From the NCBI GenBank assembly GCA_012800515.1, contig JAAZJE010000008.1:1-42813 (forward strand): a DNA stretch of 42,813 nt, read 5' to 3'. Below are positions 25,373 through 34,837 of this stretch, piece by piece. Origin of the DNA: Clostridiaceae bacterium (GTDB lineage Bacteria; Bacillota; Clostridia; Saccharofermentanales; Fastidiosipilaceae). The translations under genes were made by a program, and so were the position numbers. Numbering within the stretch: position 1 is the first letter of the stretch; each line of letters opens with the position of its first letter. Below the pieces are notes generated by a model, which was given only the letters and a program-made list of their open reading frames with translations, did no database searches and had not been told where the DNA came from.

Positions 25373-26293
25373 TTATTCCGTCATGATCAACGAGTCGACA
25401 AAACTCTCCGGATCAAAGACCTCCAGATCTTCAACCCCCTCACCCAATCCGGCAAAAAAGATAGGGCATTGTTTCTCCCAAGCGACGGCCAGCGCGATAC
25501 CTCCCTTGGCATTGCCGTCCAACTTAGTCAGAATCAGACCGTTCACGGCCGCCGTCTCGGTAAAGAGACGCGCCTGACTGATCGCATTCTGCCCGGTAGT
25601 CGCATCGATAACCAACAAAGTATGGCACAGAGCGTCGCCGGCCTCGCGGGTTATGATCCGCCGCATCTTATTCAATTCATCCATCAAATTCTGCTTGGTC
25701 TGCAAACGCCCGGCCGTGTCGATAATCAGAATATCCGTCCGACGCGCCTTAGCGGCCTGCAAGGCATCAAAAACCACGGCGGTCGGGTCGGAATTTTCCT
25801 GATGGGCAATTACCGCCGTACCCGAGAGCTCCGCCCAATGACGCAACTGATCGATCGCCGCAGCACGGAAAGTATCGGCGGCTGCCAGCAGAACTTTTTT
25901 TCCCTCTTTGCCGTAGCGATAGCACAATTTGCCGGCGGCGGTGGTTTTTCCGGTACCGTTCACTCCGACCAGCAGTATTATCGTCAAGCCGGAGGTATTC
26001 AGTTCCAGCTCCTGCCGTGGTCCGAGTACATTCAACATTCCCGCCCGCAGGGAGGAAAGCACGAACTCGCGTGAGCGCTGTCCCCGAGCTTTCATCTCGG
26101 TACGTACATTGCCCATAAGTTCTTCGACGCAATTCACTCCCATATCGGAGCGCAAAAGCAGATTCTCGAGCTCATCGAGCATATCTTCGTCGAAATTGCC
26201 CATCCGTGCGGCAATCCTCTCGAAGCCTCTGGCAAAGAAGTTTTTGGACTTCTCCAGCCCCCTTTTGAATTTACTCAATAAGCCCATTACCAT
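25373..26293 (-). CDS. ftsY: signal recognition particle receptor FtsY (short form, NG domain only)
   Basis: Motifs: GVNGTGKTTAAGKL, AADTFRAAAIDQL, IDTAGRL, TKLDGNAKGG. Its start overlaps the smc stop. Confidence 0.95.
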   Translation of the reverse strand: MVMGLLSKFKRGLEKSKNFFARGFERIAARMGNFDEDMLDELENLLLRSDMGVNCVEELMGNVRTEMKARGQRSREFVLSSLRAGMLNVLGPRQELELNTSGLTIILLVGVNGTGKTTAAGKLCYRYGKEGKKVLLAAADTFRAAAIDQLRHWAELSGTAVIAHQENSDPTAVVFDALQAAKARRTDILIIDTAGRLQTKQNLMDELNKMRRIITREAGDALCHTLLVIDATTGQNAISQARLFTETAAVNGLILTKLDGNAKGGIALAVAWEKQCPIFFAGLGEGVEDLEVFDPESFVDSLIMTE

Positions 26294-29200
26294 CTACCTC
26301 GTCGGTCTTCAGCTTCAGCGACAAAACTCGTGAAACACCCCGTTCCTGCATAGTAACCCCATATATATAGTCGGCGCATTCCATTGTACCACTTCTATGT
26401 GTGACCAGAATAAATTGTGTCTGGAGAGAATAATTACTCAGAAACTTGTTGAATCTCCAAACATTGGCCTCGTCCAGAGCGGCCTCTATCTCGTCCAAAA
26501 CACAAAACGGTGAAGGCGTAAGACGCAATATTGCAAATAAAAGAGCTATGGCCGCCAGCGAACGCTCACCGCCAGATAAAAGGAGCATATTCTGCAAGCG
26601 CTTACCGGGCGGCTGTACCCTAATTTCAATCGGACTGTTCAGAACATCCGTCGGATCGGCCAGGAAAATCTCCGCCTGGCCGCCACCGAACAACTCGCGA
26701 AATACCGCATCGTAATTTTTGCTGATCGCAAGCAGACTTTGTGAAAATCTATCGCGCATTGTCACGAGCAGTTCATCGATTACTTTTTCCAGTTTTCGCG
26801 CCGAAGCCTCAAGATCAGCCATCTGTTCATTCGTAAAGTTTAGGCGCTGCTCCAGTTCGCGTAAAGTCTCAACTGCATTGACATTGACATTGCCCATATC
26901 GCGAATTTTCTGCCTGGTCTCTCGAATCAACTTCTCGGTTGCGGCGGTATTTTCGAGCTCCCGCGCTTTGCCCTCCTTGAGAGCCTGCTCGACGGTTAGC
27001 GCATACTCCTCCCACATACGGTTGCGGATTTGTGCCAGATACAGACGTGCTTTTTCGACGCGTGCTTCGGCGCGCTCACGCTCAGTCGTCAAATTCATCT
27101 CACGGCGAGCCGTTTCCTGTAGGCGGGTAATAAATTCCTCCTGGTTTTGCCGATATTCGTTGCGGCGGGCAATCAGTTCATTAAGAAGTGAGTTTCTCTC
27201 CTCCCGTTTTTGCGCGAGGCGCTTTAGCCGAGCGCCAAAATTGGTCAGGCTTAGACTTAAAAGTTCCGCCTCTTTCTCTCGGGCGGCCTTTTCCGTGACT
27301 CTCTGCTCGCTGCGGGCGGCTGATTCGGCAAGTTCGCCGGCAATCCGCTCCGTCATCTCTGTCAGTGAATTTTGCGATTCGACGATCGAATTCAGCGAGA
27401 GCCGCAGGTCGGAAATATATTCGCGCCTTTCGTCACGTTCTTTAACCGCCGCCCGATTGCCGCTGACCGATCGTTCGATCTCGGCCTGCAGGGTTTCAAC
27501 CCGCGCCGTAATCTCGGCTTCGGTGGCAAGCTGCGCGTTTTCCCACTCCCGCAAGCGTTCCTGTTCCGCTACCGCGGCCTCGCGGGCGGAGAGATTATCG
27601 TCCCTTGCCCGGCGATTGACGGCAATATTCCGCTCATGAGCGGCCAATTTATCCTGCTCGGCAACCAGTTCCTGGCGCCGGCGGATAAGTTCCTCTTCAT
27701 TACCGCGCAAAGCACGCTCCGCCTCCGACCAGCCCCGAGACAATTCCGTCAATTGCGCGGCCAGTTGCGTCTCATGTTTTTGGAGAGCGGTAATCTCGCG
27801 CTCAAGTTTTTTCAGGTCGCCGGCGCGTCCGAGCACCGGGCTCTCCTGCTTTATGTTATAACCACCGGTCAGCGAACCGCCGACATTAACCACATCACCG
27901 CCCAAAGTAACGATGCGGATACGATAATTGCTCTGTGCCGCCATAGCCGTGGCCGCCGCCAAATCGGCGGCAATTAAGGTTCGATTCAAAAGCCAATCTG
28001 TAATCGGACGGGTCTCGTCGGAGCAAGTAACCAATTCGGAGGCGAGTCCGATATAGCCCGTTGCCGCACTCAGGCGATTCAACAAGGCATGATCCGGTTC
28101 ACGCGGACGAATCGTATCCAAGGGCAAGAATGTCGCCCGTCCGGCCCGACGCTCCCGCAGCCAATCAATCCACTCTCTGGCGGAGCGCTCGCTACGCACC
28201 ACGATATTCTGAATCGCGGCGCCCAGCGCGACGCTGATCGCCATGCGGTAGTCCGCCGGAACCTGAATCAGACTGCCTATCGCGCCGACCACCGTTCGGT
28301 CGTCATCGCGTCGCTTGGCTTCTTTAAGAACGGCCTGCACCGCGTCGTGATAGCCGGCAAAGCTGTCCTCCAAATCCCGCAATGTCGTCAAACGAAATTG
28401 CGCACGCTGCTTCTCCTGACGCGTCGCGTTGAGTTCGGTCTCGCTCGCGGCAATCCGTTCGCCGCGCTCCCGCACCTTGCGGCGCTCTTCCTCTAAAATC
28501 CGCTCACCGGTCGCCAAGTCGGCGGCCAATTGCTCGGTACGCTCGCTTTGTTCCTCCAGCGTCAGACTCAAGGCATCGCCGACACTGATCAATTCGCTCT
28601 CTTCGCGCTCCAAACGGCGGCTGTTTTCCTCAGCCAGGCGCTTTTCGGTGCGAATTTCCGCCAGACGATCTCGGCACTCAAATAGACTATCCTGACAATC
28701 AACGAACTCCTGGCGCAGGACTTCGGTTTGGCGCTCGCCGACATCCAGCCGGGCGGTCAGGGCATTCAGTTCCCTCTCTTCCGCCGCCAGACGTTCCTCA
28801 AAGCGTTCGCGATCGCGCTGCATTACTTGTCCGCGCTCCGTCCGGTCACTCATCTCCCGTTCCAGTTCGACACGCCGCGCGTCAGACTCGGCGATCAGAG
28901 CCGCCGCTTCGATCGCCTGCTTCTTCAGGCTCTCAACCCGCTGACGAGCCAGATCCGTCTCGGTAGTGACTTCCGCCTCGTCATTCCGCAACGCTTCGAC
29001 CTCATCGCGCAGACGATCTATGGAGGCTTCGTTACTCTCGGAAGCCGCGATATTCGCCTCGTGCTCCCGCTGAAGCTCCGTCCGCGCCGCACTCAATTCA
29101 TCGAGTTCATCCGCCGCTATCTGCCGTGCCGTCTCAGCTACGGCAAGACTCTCAGCCTGCTGATCCGACTGCACCAATAAAAGCGCGACCTCGTTGTCGG

Positions 29201-29867
29201 TCAAAATCTGCCGCAGACGCAAAAACTCTTTGGCGGTCTCCGCCTGGCGTAGCAAGGGCCGACGCTGGCGCTCCATTTCACCGAGCAGATCACCGACCCG
29301 CTCCATATTCTGCGCCGCCGTTGCCAGACGTTTCTCGCTATCTTGCTGATTTTTGCGGAAACGTACAATGCCGGCCGCTTCTTCGAATATCCGCCGCCGT
29401 TCATCCGGATTGCCGCTCAGCAATTCGTCAATTCTGCCCTGACCGACAATCGAATATCCGTCGCGTCCGATACCGGTATCCATAAACAAGGTTGTTATAT
29501 CCCGCAAGAGACAGCGGTTACGATTCAGATAATATTCGCTCTCGCCGGTACGATACAGCCGGCGCGTAACCTCAATCTCACGATAATCCCAGTCCAAACC
29601 GCCGTCGGAATTATCGAGTACAATCGTCACTTCGGCATAACTGAGCGGGCGTCTTGTACCGGTACCGCTGAAAATGACATCTTCCATTCTCTGGCCGCGC
29701 AAAGTCTTGGCACTCTGCTCGCCCAGTACCCAGCGTATGGCATCGGCAACATTACTCTTGCCGCTGCCGTTCGGTCCGACAAAGGCGGTAACACCCGGGC
29801 TGAAGTCAATGACTGTGCGCTCGGCAAAAGACTTAAATCCCTGCATGATTAAAGTCTTCAGATACAT
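26271..29867 (-). CDS. smc: chromosome segregation protein SMC
   Basis: 1198 aa. N-terminal [14 protein letters not shown]...GPNGSGKSN, long coiled coils, a hinge, and C-terminal [17 protein letters not shown]...[11 protein letters not shown]. Confidence 0.96.
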   Translation of the reverse strand: MYLKTLIMQGFKSFAERTVIDFSPGVTAFVGPNGSGKSNVADAIRWVLGEQSAKTLRGQRMEDVIFSGTGTRRPLSYAEVTIVLDNSDGGLDWDYREIEVTRRLYRTGESEYYLNRNRCLLRDITTLFMDTGIGRDGYSIVGQGRIDELLSGNPDERRRIFEEAAGIVRFRKNQQDSEKRLATAAQNMERVGDLLGEMERQRRPLLRQAETAKEFLRLRQILTDNEVALLLVQSDQQAESLAVAETARQIAADELDELSAARTELQREHEANIAASESNEASIDRLRDEVEALRNDEAEVTTETDLARQRVESLKKQAIEAAALIAESDARRVELEREMSDRTERGQVMQRDRERFEERLAAEERELNALTARLDVGERQTEVLRQEFVDCQDSLFECRDRLAEIRTEKRLAEENSRRLEREESELISVGDALSLTLEEQSERTEQLAADLATGERILEEERRKVRERGERIAASETELNATRQEKQRAQFRLTTLRDLEDSFAGYHDAVQAVLKEAKRRDDDRTVVGAIGSLIQVPADYRMAISVALGAAIQNIVVRSERSAREWIDWLRERRAGRATFLPLDTIRPREPDHALLNRLSAATGYIGLASELVTCSDETRPITDWLLNRTLIAADLAAATAMAAQSNYRIRIVTLGGDVVNVGGSLTGGYNIKQESPVLGRAGDLKKLEREITALQKHETQLAAQLTELSRGWSEAERALRGNEEELIRRRQELVAEQDKLAAHERNIAVNRRARDDNLSAREAAVAEQERLREWENAQLATEAEITARVETLQAEIERSVSGNRAAVKERDERREYISDLRLSLNSIVESQNSLTEMTERIAGELAESAARSEQRVTEKAAREKEAELLSLSLTNFGARLKRLAQKREERNSLLNELIARRNEYRQNQEEFITRLQETARREMNLTTERERAEARVEKARLYLAQIRNRMWEEYALTVEQALKEGKARELENTAATEKLIRETRQKIRDMGNVNVNAVETLRELEQRLNFTNEQMADLEASARKLEKVIDELLVTMRDRFSQSLLAISKNYDAVFRELFGGGQAEIFLADPTDVLNSPIEIRVQPPGKRLQNMLLLSGGERSLAAIALLFAILRLTPSPFCVLDEIEAALDEANVWRFNKFLSNYSLQTQFILVTHRSGTMECADYIYGVTMQERGVSRVLSLKLKTDEVDGNGLIE

Positions 29868-29869
29868 CC

Positions 29870-30580
29870 CTAATCCTCTGTCTCCTTTATTGCCATATAA
29901 GCTACTCGCGAAGCTTCCTGTTCAGCCTTTTTAATTGTCTTGCCCATACCGCGGGAAATTTCCGTTCCGTCGACAAAAAGGCCGACCTCGAATTGCGGCG
30001 CCTGCATCGGTCCGGTTCGGCTGATTTGCCGATACTCGATGCCCTCTATCGTGCGATAGGTCTGGAAATGCTGCTGTAGCAGACTCTTATAATCAAATAT
30101 CAACCGATCGGCAAAGGCATCCTCGATCGGCTCACGAAAAAGGCGCACTACCAACTCGCGTGCCGCCGTCCAACCTCCGTCAAGAAATACCGCGCCTAAA
30201 ACCGCCTCCAGGCAGTCGGCGCATATCGCCGCCTGTGGAGGCCCGGAACGTAGAGCCCCACCGAGTCTAATCTGTTTATCCAGACCCAGCCGGCGCGCAA
30301 TCGCCGCCAAAGTCGGCTCGCGCACCACGGCTGCCCGTACTCGGCTCAGCCGTCCCTCTCGTTCTCCCGGATATTGTTCGTACAAATAATCGCTGATCGC
30401 GAGCTCCAGCGTCGCATCGCCCAAAAACTCCAAACGTTCATTATGCTCGCAATCCTCCGCCTGCTCGTGGGCATAAGAAGAATGGGTTACAGCCGCCAGC
30501 AACAAAGATCTTTGCCGGAACTTATAACCCAAATCACTCTCGATCCTATTTTGTGCAACAGCTTCGGTATTAGTTTCCAC
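29870..30580 (-). CDS. rnc: ribonuclease III
   Basis: Motifs: [14 protein letters not shown], a dsRBD and [14 protein letters not shown]. The start is uncertain. The listed ATG 30643 would overlap acpP by 74 nt, so I chose GTG 30580, which overlaps the acpP stop by 11 nt. Confidence 0.85.
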   Translation of the reverse strand: METNTEAVAQNRIESDLGYKFRQRSLLLAAVTHSSYAHEQAEDCEHNERLEFLGDATLELAISDYLYEQYPGEREGRLSRVRAAVVREPTLAAIARRLGLDKQIRLGGALRSGPPQAAICADCLEAVLGAVFLDGGWTAARELVVRLFREPIEDAFADRLIFDYKSLLQQHFQTYRTIEGIEYRQISRTGPMQAPQFEVGLFVDGTEISRGMGKTIKKAEQEASRVAYMAIKETED

Positions 30581-30818
30581 TCTTGGTTGATGCAATATAG
30601 TTGACCGCGTCGCCAACCGTGTGAATATTCTCAGCCTCGTCATCGGGAATCGAGATACCGAATTCCTCTTCCATCAGCATCACCAAATCGACGATATCCA
30701 GTGAATCGGCGTTCAAATCATCGATGAAATCCGAATCCATGGTCACATTTTCCGGGTCTACACCCAGCTGTTCCACCAAAATGTTACGAACATTCTCCAA
30801 AATCGTTTCCTTAGTCAT
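30570..30818 (-). CDS. acpP: acyl carrier protein
   Basis: Start at ATG 30818 with GGAGG 5 nt upstream. Phosphopantetheine site [14 protein letters not shown]. Confidence 0.93.
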   Translation of the reverse strand: MTKETILENVRNILVEQLGVDPENVTMDSDFIDDLNADSLDIVDLVMLMEEEFGISIPDDEAENIHTVGDAVNYIASTKSGN

Positions 30819-30892
30819 GTCTACCTCCACGTATACTATGTATGTTATTAGTCGGCGGTCGGGCTCGATCTGAATCCGACCCGCAAGTCCTT

Positions 30893-30921
30893 ATTGTACA
30901 AATTAGTTCGACGATTGGCAA
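30893..30921 (-). promoter_or_regulatory. putative promoter for acpP-rnc-smc-ftsY
   Basis: The minus strand reads TTGCCA, a 17-nt spacer, then TACAAT. A leader of about 70 nt follows, with an 8-bp bulged hairpin (CGGGTCGG...CCGACCG). Confidence 0.5.
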
Positions 30922-30951
30922 ATCCGAAGACAACTAGTTAAATGTTTTTAA

Positions 30952-31602
30952 CTAATCTTCCCAAACCTGCCGATTACGAATAAAATATTCCACTCCCGAG
31001 ACCGTTGCCACAAGCACGGTCAATATCAGGAGAATCGTCGCGGCATAGGCAAATATCGTCACCAACAATGCCGGAGCGGCGTAAGCGCGCAGAATTAACT
31101 TCAAAAACAGGACTATAATCATTGCGATTTGGAGTCCGGTCTTCCACTTGCCTGCTTTGGAAGCGGCAATAACCTGTCCCCTTTCAACCGCCACCAGACG
31201 CAGGAAAGTCACACCAAACTCGCGTAACAAAACGAGCATGAAAATAAAAGTATGGATCTCTCCCAGTTGGACGAAGCCCGCCATGGCGGTCAATATAAGG
31301 ATCTTGTCGGCGATCGGGTCGAGCAATTTGCCGGTGTTGGTCACCACACCACTCTTTCGCGCCAAATGACCGTCAAAAAAATCCGTAACGGCACCGATGA
31401 TAAAAATCAGCAGAGCGATGATCAGTCCCTCCCGCGCCACAAATCTGTTCCAGCCGCCGGTACTGTAATAGCGACTGATCGGCACCATGAACAGAGCCAT
31501 AAACGGCGTTAGCAGAATCCGACTCAGACTCAATTTGTTCGGTGTATTCAGTTTTTTCCGGCCGCCGGTATCCGGCTGACTGTTTTCATCTTTACTAGGC
31601 AA
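30952..31602 (-). CDS. pgsA: CDP-diacylglycerol--glycerol-3-phosphate 3-phosphatidyltransferase
   Basis: CDP-alcohol phosphatidyltransferase motif DFFDGHLARKSGVVTNTGKLLDPIADK. Polytopic membrane protein. Confidence 0.9.
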   Translation of the reverse strand: MPSKDENSQPDTGGRKKLNTPNKLSLSRILLTPFMALFMVPISRYYSTGGWNRFVAREGLIIALLIFIIGAVTDFFDGHLARKSGVVTNTGKLLDPIADKILILTAMAGFVQLGEIHTFIFMLVLLREFGVTFLRLVAVERGQVIAASKAGKWKTGLQIAMIIVLFLKLILRAYAAPALLVTIFAYAATILLILTVLVATVSGVEYFIRNRQVWED

Positions 31603-32974
31603 TGGTTACCCCCGTCCATTCGGCAAAGTCCGCGGCAATAATACGCACATTATACCACTTTCCGATCTCCGGCTCCGTCGTCTGTTCTCCCGGCTCCGTC
31701 TCCTGCTCGTAAAGTACGGCCACCCCCGGGTCAACCTCCGGCGCCTGTTCTTCACTGTGACCGAGATAAAAGAGCCCCTCCTCGTCAATACCCTCGATCA
31801 GCACACGGCGTTCACTTCCGATAATCTCCGGCCAGCGCGAGCGGACTATCCTTTGTTGCAGTTCGATTACCCGGCGCTCCCGTTCGGCGGCAACTTCGGG
31901 ATCTACCTGCCCCGGCATTGTCGCGGCAGGCGTACCATCCTCCGGGCAGAAAGTAAAAGTTCCCAGATGGTCAAAACGCAGCTCGGCAATAAAATCCATC
32001 AGTTCCGCAAAATCGGCCTCCGTTTCTCCCGGGAAGCCGACCATGACGGTCGTGCGCAAAGTCAGATTGGGAATCCGGGCGCGCCATTTAGCCAGCACCT
32101 CGCGCAGGCGTTGCGGATTGTCCCGACGGCGCATGGCCTTTAGAATCCGGGGCGAGGCATGTTGAATCGGCACATCCAGATACGGCAGAATTTTTGCCTC
32201 CGTCGCCATTACTTCCAGCAGTTCGTCGGTCAGACCGTCGGAATAACAATACATCAGACGCAAGGCAAAAGCACCCGGTAGAGCGGCCAGGGCGCGCAAC
32301 AGATCCGGCAGACGTGGTTTGCCGTAAAGATCCCGTCCGTAGTCGGTCGTCTCCTGAGCAATCAGAATCAACTCTCCATAACCGTCGGCAATCAGACGCT
32401 GCGCCTCTCTCACCAGCGTCTCGATCGGTCGCGAGCGCAGCCGACCGCGAATCCCGGGAATCGCGCAATAGGCACAGGCCGAGGAACAGCCTTCGGCGAT
32501 TTTGATATAAGCATAGCCGGGAGTCTCCGGTCGTCGGACAATATCCAGATCCAGATGCCGCAGGGCATTATCACGCGAACCGATTACGATCAGCGGTTTT
32601 TCTGCGGCCTCGCCGGCCGACAGGCGTTCCAAAATATCCACTATCTGATAATAAGATCCGGTACCGACAATCGCGTCGACCTCCGGTAATTCCACGGCGA
32701 TTTCTTGGGCATAGCGCTGCGACAGACAACCAGCCGCCACCAGAAAACGGCATTTATCGGCCTTAAAATCCGCCATATCCAGAATCGTCTCAATCGCCTC
32801 CCGCTTGGCGGCCTCGATAAAAGCGCAGGTATTGACGATAATAACTTCCGCGTCTTCCGGCTCGGAAACCAAATCGATCCCCGCCGCCCGCAACAGCGCC
32901 ACCATAGCTTCCGAGTCAACGAGGTTCTTGGCACAACCCAGAGTTACAATCGCAACGCGCAGGTCAGTTATCAT
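31595..32974 (-). CDS. rimO: ribosomal protein S12 methylthiotransferase RimO (radical SAM MTTase)
   Basis: Motifs: VAIVTLGCAKNLVDSE, NTCAFI, radical-SAM CSSACAYCAIP, and a C-terminal TRAM region. The rimO-pgsA arrangement is common. Confidence 0.85.
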   Translation of the reverse strand: MITDLRVAIVTLGCAKNLVDSEAMVALLRAAGIDLVSEPEDAEVIIVNTCAFIEAAKREAIETILDMADFKADKCRFLVAAGCLSQRYAQEIAVELPEVDAIVGTGSYYQIVDILERLSAGEAAEKPLIVIGSRDNALRHLDLDIVRRPETPGYAYIKIAEGCSSACAYCAIPGIRGRLRSRPIETLVREAQRLIADGYGELILIAQETTDYGRDLYGKPRLPDLLRALAALPGAFALRLMYCYSDGLTDELLEVMATEAKILPYLDVPIQHASPRILKAMRRRDNPQRLREVLAKWRARIPNLTLRTTVMVGFPGETEADFAELMDFIAELRFDHLGTFTFCPEDGTPAATMPGQVDPEVAAERERRVIELQQRIVRSRWPEIIGSERRVLIEGIDEEGLFYLGHSEEQAPEVDPGVAVLYEQETEPGEQTTEPEIGKWYNVRIIAADFAEWTGVTIA

Positions 32975-33551
32975 GCAGTATTTCCTCGAGACTACTGATC
33001 AGGGCATCGCGAGCCGCGTTATAGGCGAAGCCGCGGTTGACCGCCCGCCGCAACTCTTTCTCGAAAGCACGGGAGCAGGGGTCGATCCGTTCCGCTTCCG
33101 TGTCATAGCATTCGGCGGCAATGCGCCGGAGAACCGAACGCCGCCGGGAAACATAGCCGGCCAATAACTCCTCATCCGAGGGCATCAGCTCCTCGAGCGC
33201 CCGGGTCACGGCTTCCGGGTCATATCCGCGCGCAGCCAGACGCTCGCGCAGAACTCTTGCTCCTTCCGGATGCGAATCGATACGCTGTTGCAGATAAAGA
33301 CAAGCTAATTCATAGTCATTGATGAGATTGTAGGACTTGAGCTCCGCCGTCACCCGGTCGATTAGATCGACGGCAACGCCGGCCTCACGCATTTTTACGC
33401 GGACCTTATGTTCTGACTGCATACCGTGCGACAAATAACCGAGTGCAACTTGCCGCGCGGCGGCAAGTGCCGTGGATTCATTTTGTAACAGCGCGGCTTC
33501 GGCGGCGGCAAAATCCCGGCCCAGCCGTTTCGCGTCCAAAGGTAAACTCAA
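32964..33551 (-). CDS. recX: RecX-family regulatory protein
   Basis: 195 aa helical-repeat protein immediately downstream of recA (1-nt gap). The pattern of repeated three-helix modules fits, e.g. KVRVKMREAGV...IDRVTAELKSYNLINDYELA. Confidence 0.7.
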   Translation of the reverse strand: MSLPLDAKRLGRDFAAAEAALLQNESTALAAARQVALGYLSHGMQSEHKVRVKMREAGVAVDLIDRVTAELKSYNLINDYELACLYLQQRIDSHPEGARVLRERLAARGYDPEAVTRALEELMPSDEELLAGYVSRRRSVLRRIAAECYDTEAERIDPCSRAFEKELRRAVNRGFAYNAARDALISSLEEILHDN

Positions 33552-33552
33552 A

Positions 33553-34698
33553 TTAGTCTAGCCCCAACAGTTCGTCGAGCTTATCCGCCCTTTCGTCATC
33601 ATCGCTTTCGTCATCGACGTCATCCTCATCCGATTCGCCGTCCTCGTCGTAGTAAGAGGCATTACGCATATCGTCGAGATGCTCCAGAATCTTCGCTTCG
33701 ATTTCCTGGCGGAGTTCGGGATTGGCATCGATAAATTCGGCGGAATTGCTCTTGCCCTGTCCGAGACGCAAGTCTCCATAGGAGAACCAGGAGCCCGCCT
33801 TGGTAATCACGCCGGTAGTAACACCCGCCTCGACAAGACCGTCCAGCAGATTCAGTCCCTGGCCGAAGAGCAACTCGATCGAAACAGTCTTGAACGGCGG
33901 CGCAACCTTGTTTTTAGTCACGCGCATAATAGTCATAACGCCAATGGGTACCTGTTTTTCGGTCAGGCGCTCACCGCGCCGCACTTCGAGGCGAACCGAG
34001 GCGTAAAAGCGCAGAGCGCGTCCACCGGTCGTCGTCTCCGTCGGTCCGCGCGACCAGCCCGTGGGAATCTTCTCCCGCAACTGGTTAATGAATATAACTA
34101 TACAGTCGGTCCGTGAAATCGTACTGGCCAACCGGCGTAGCGCCATCGACATCATGCGAGCGTGGCTACCGACAATCTGTTCGGCAAAGCCGCCGTCTAT
34201 CTCAGCACGCGGTGTCAGCGCCGCCACACTATCGATTACGACCATATCTATGGCACCGCTCTTAACCAGAGCCTCGGCAATGCTCAGTCCTTGCTCACCG
34301 TAGTCAGGCTGTGAAATCAAAAGGTTATCGATATCGACGCCCAACTTAGCGGCATATTCCGGATCCAGGGCATGCTCCGCATCGATAAAGGCCGCATTCC
34401 CACCCTGTTTTTGACAGGCGGCGATCATATGCAGAGCCACGGTTGTTTTTCCCGACGATTCCGGCCCGTAAACCTCGATGATGCGCCCTTTCGGCAGGCC
34501 GCCGATGCCCAGCGCCAAGTCCAAGGGCATAATACCGGTCGACATGGCCTGAACCTTTATCTTCGAATGCTCGCCCATCTTCATGATCGCGCCGGGGCCG
34601 AAATCCTTGGCAATCGCCTTCATGGTTGTCTCCAACGCCGCCGCCCTTTCCTCAGCCGGCAAGGGCTCCAATATATCTCGTTTCTTGACTCTCGACAT
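33553..34698 (-). CDS. recA: recombinase RecA (divergent L1/L2 loops, long acidic C-terminal tail)
   Basis: Motifs: Walker A GPESSGKTT, AFIDAEHALD, VVIDSVAAL, TTGGRALRFYASVRLEVRR, KNKVAPPF. Confidence 0.95.
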   Translation of the reverse strand: MSRVKKRDILEPLPAEERAAALETTMKAIAKDFGPGAIMKMGEHSKIKVQAMSTGIMPLDLALGIGGLPKGRIIEVYGPESSGKTTVALHMIAACQKQGGNAAFIDAEHALDPEYAAKLGVDIDNLLISQPDYGEQGLSIAEALVKSGAIDMVVIDSVAALTPRAEIDGGFAEQIVGSHARMMSMALRRLASTISRTDCIVIFINQLREKIPTGWSRGPTETTTGGRALRFYASVRLEVRRGERLTEKQVPIGVMTIMRVTKNKVAPPFKTVSIELLFGQGLNLLDGLVEAGVTTGVITKAGSWFSYGDLRLGQGKSNSAEFIDANPELRQEIEAKILEHLDDMRNASYYDEDGESDEDDVDDESDDDERADKLDELLGLD

Positions 34699-34752
34699 TA
34701 AAATCTCCTTGCTTCCGGGCGGACTGCTCCCAATCCGCTTTATTCAAACTAC

Positions 34753-34761
34753 ATTATAACA
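34753..34761 (-). promoter_or_regulatory. putative extended -10 promoter element (TGTTATAAT) upstream of recA
   Basis: The minus strand reads ...aatatTGTTATAATgtag, about 55 nt upstream of ATG 34698. No good -35 hexamer was seen. Confidence 0.4.
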
Positions 34762-34837
34762 ATATTCCCCTGCGCCGACACACCCGACCTTTACTCGGGC
34801 AACCTTCCGACCGGTCTTTTCTTCGACAATTTGTCGT

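Noticed and set aside
26446-29934. Long plus-strand ORFs antisense to smc: 26719..27639 (306 aa, Ser/Arg-rich), 27372..27977, 28089..28496, 28728..29180 and 29343..29852.
   Set aside because: Their low-complexity S/R/A/F-rich translations are typical of the reverse complement of Glu/Leu/Arg/Ala-rich coiled-coil coding sequence. The minus-strand frame encodes an unmistakable full-length SMC. No RBS or family motif is visible.
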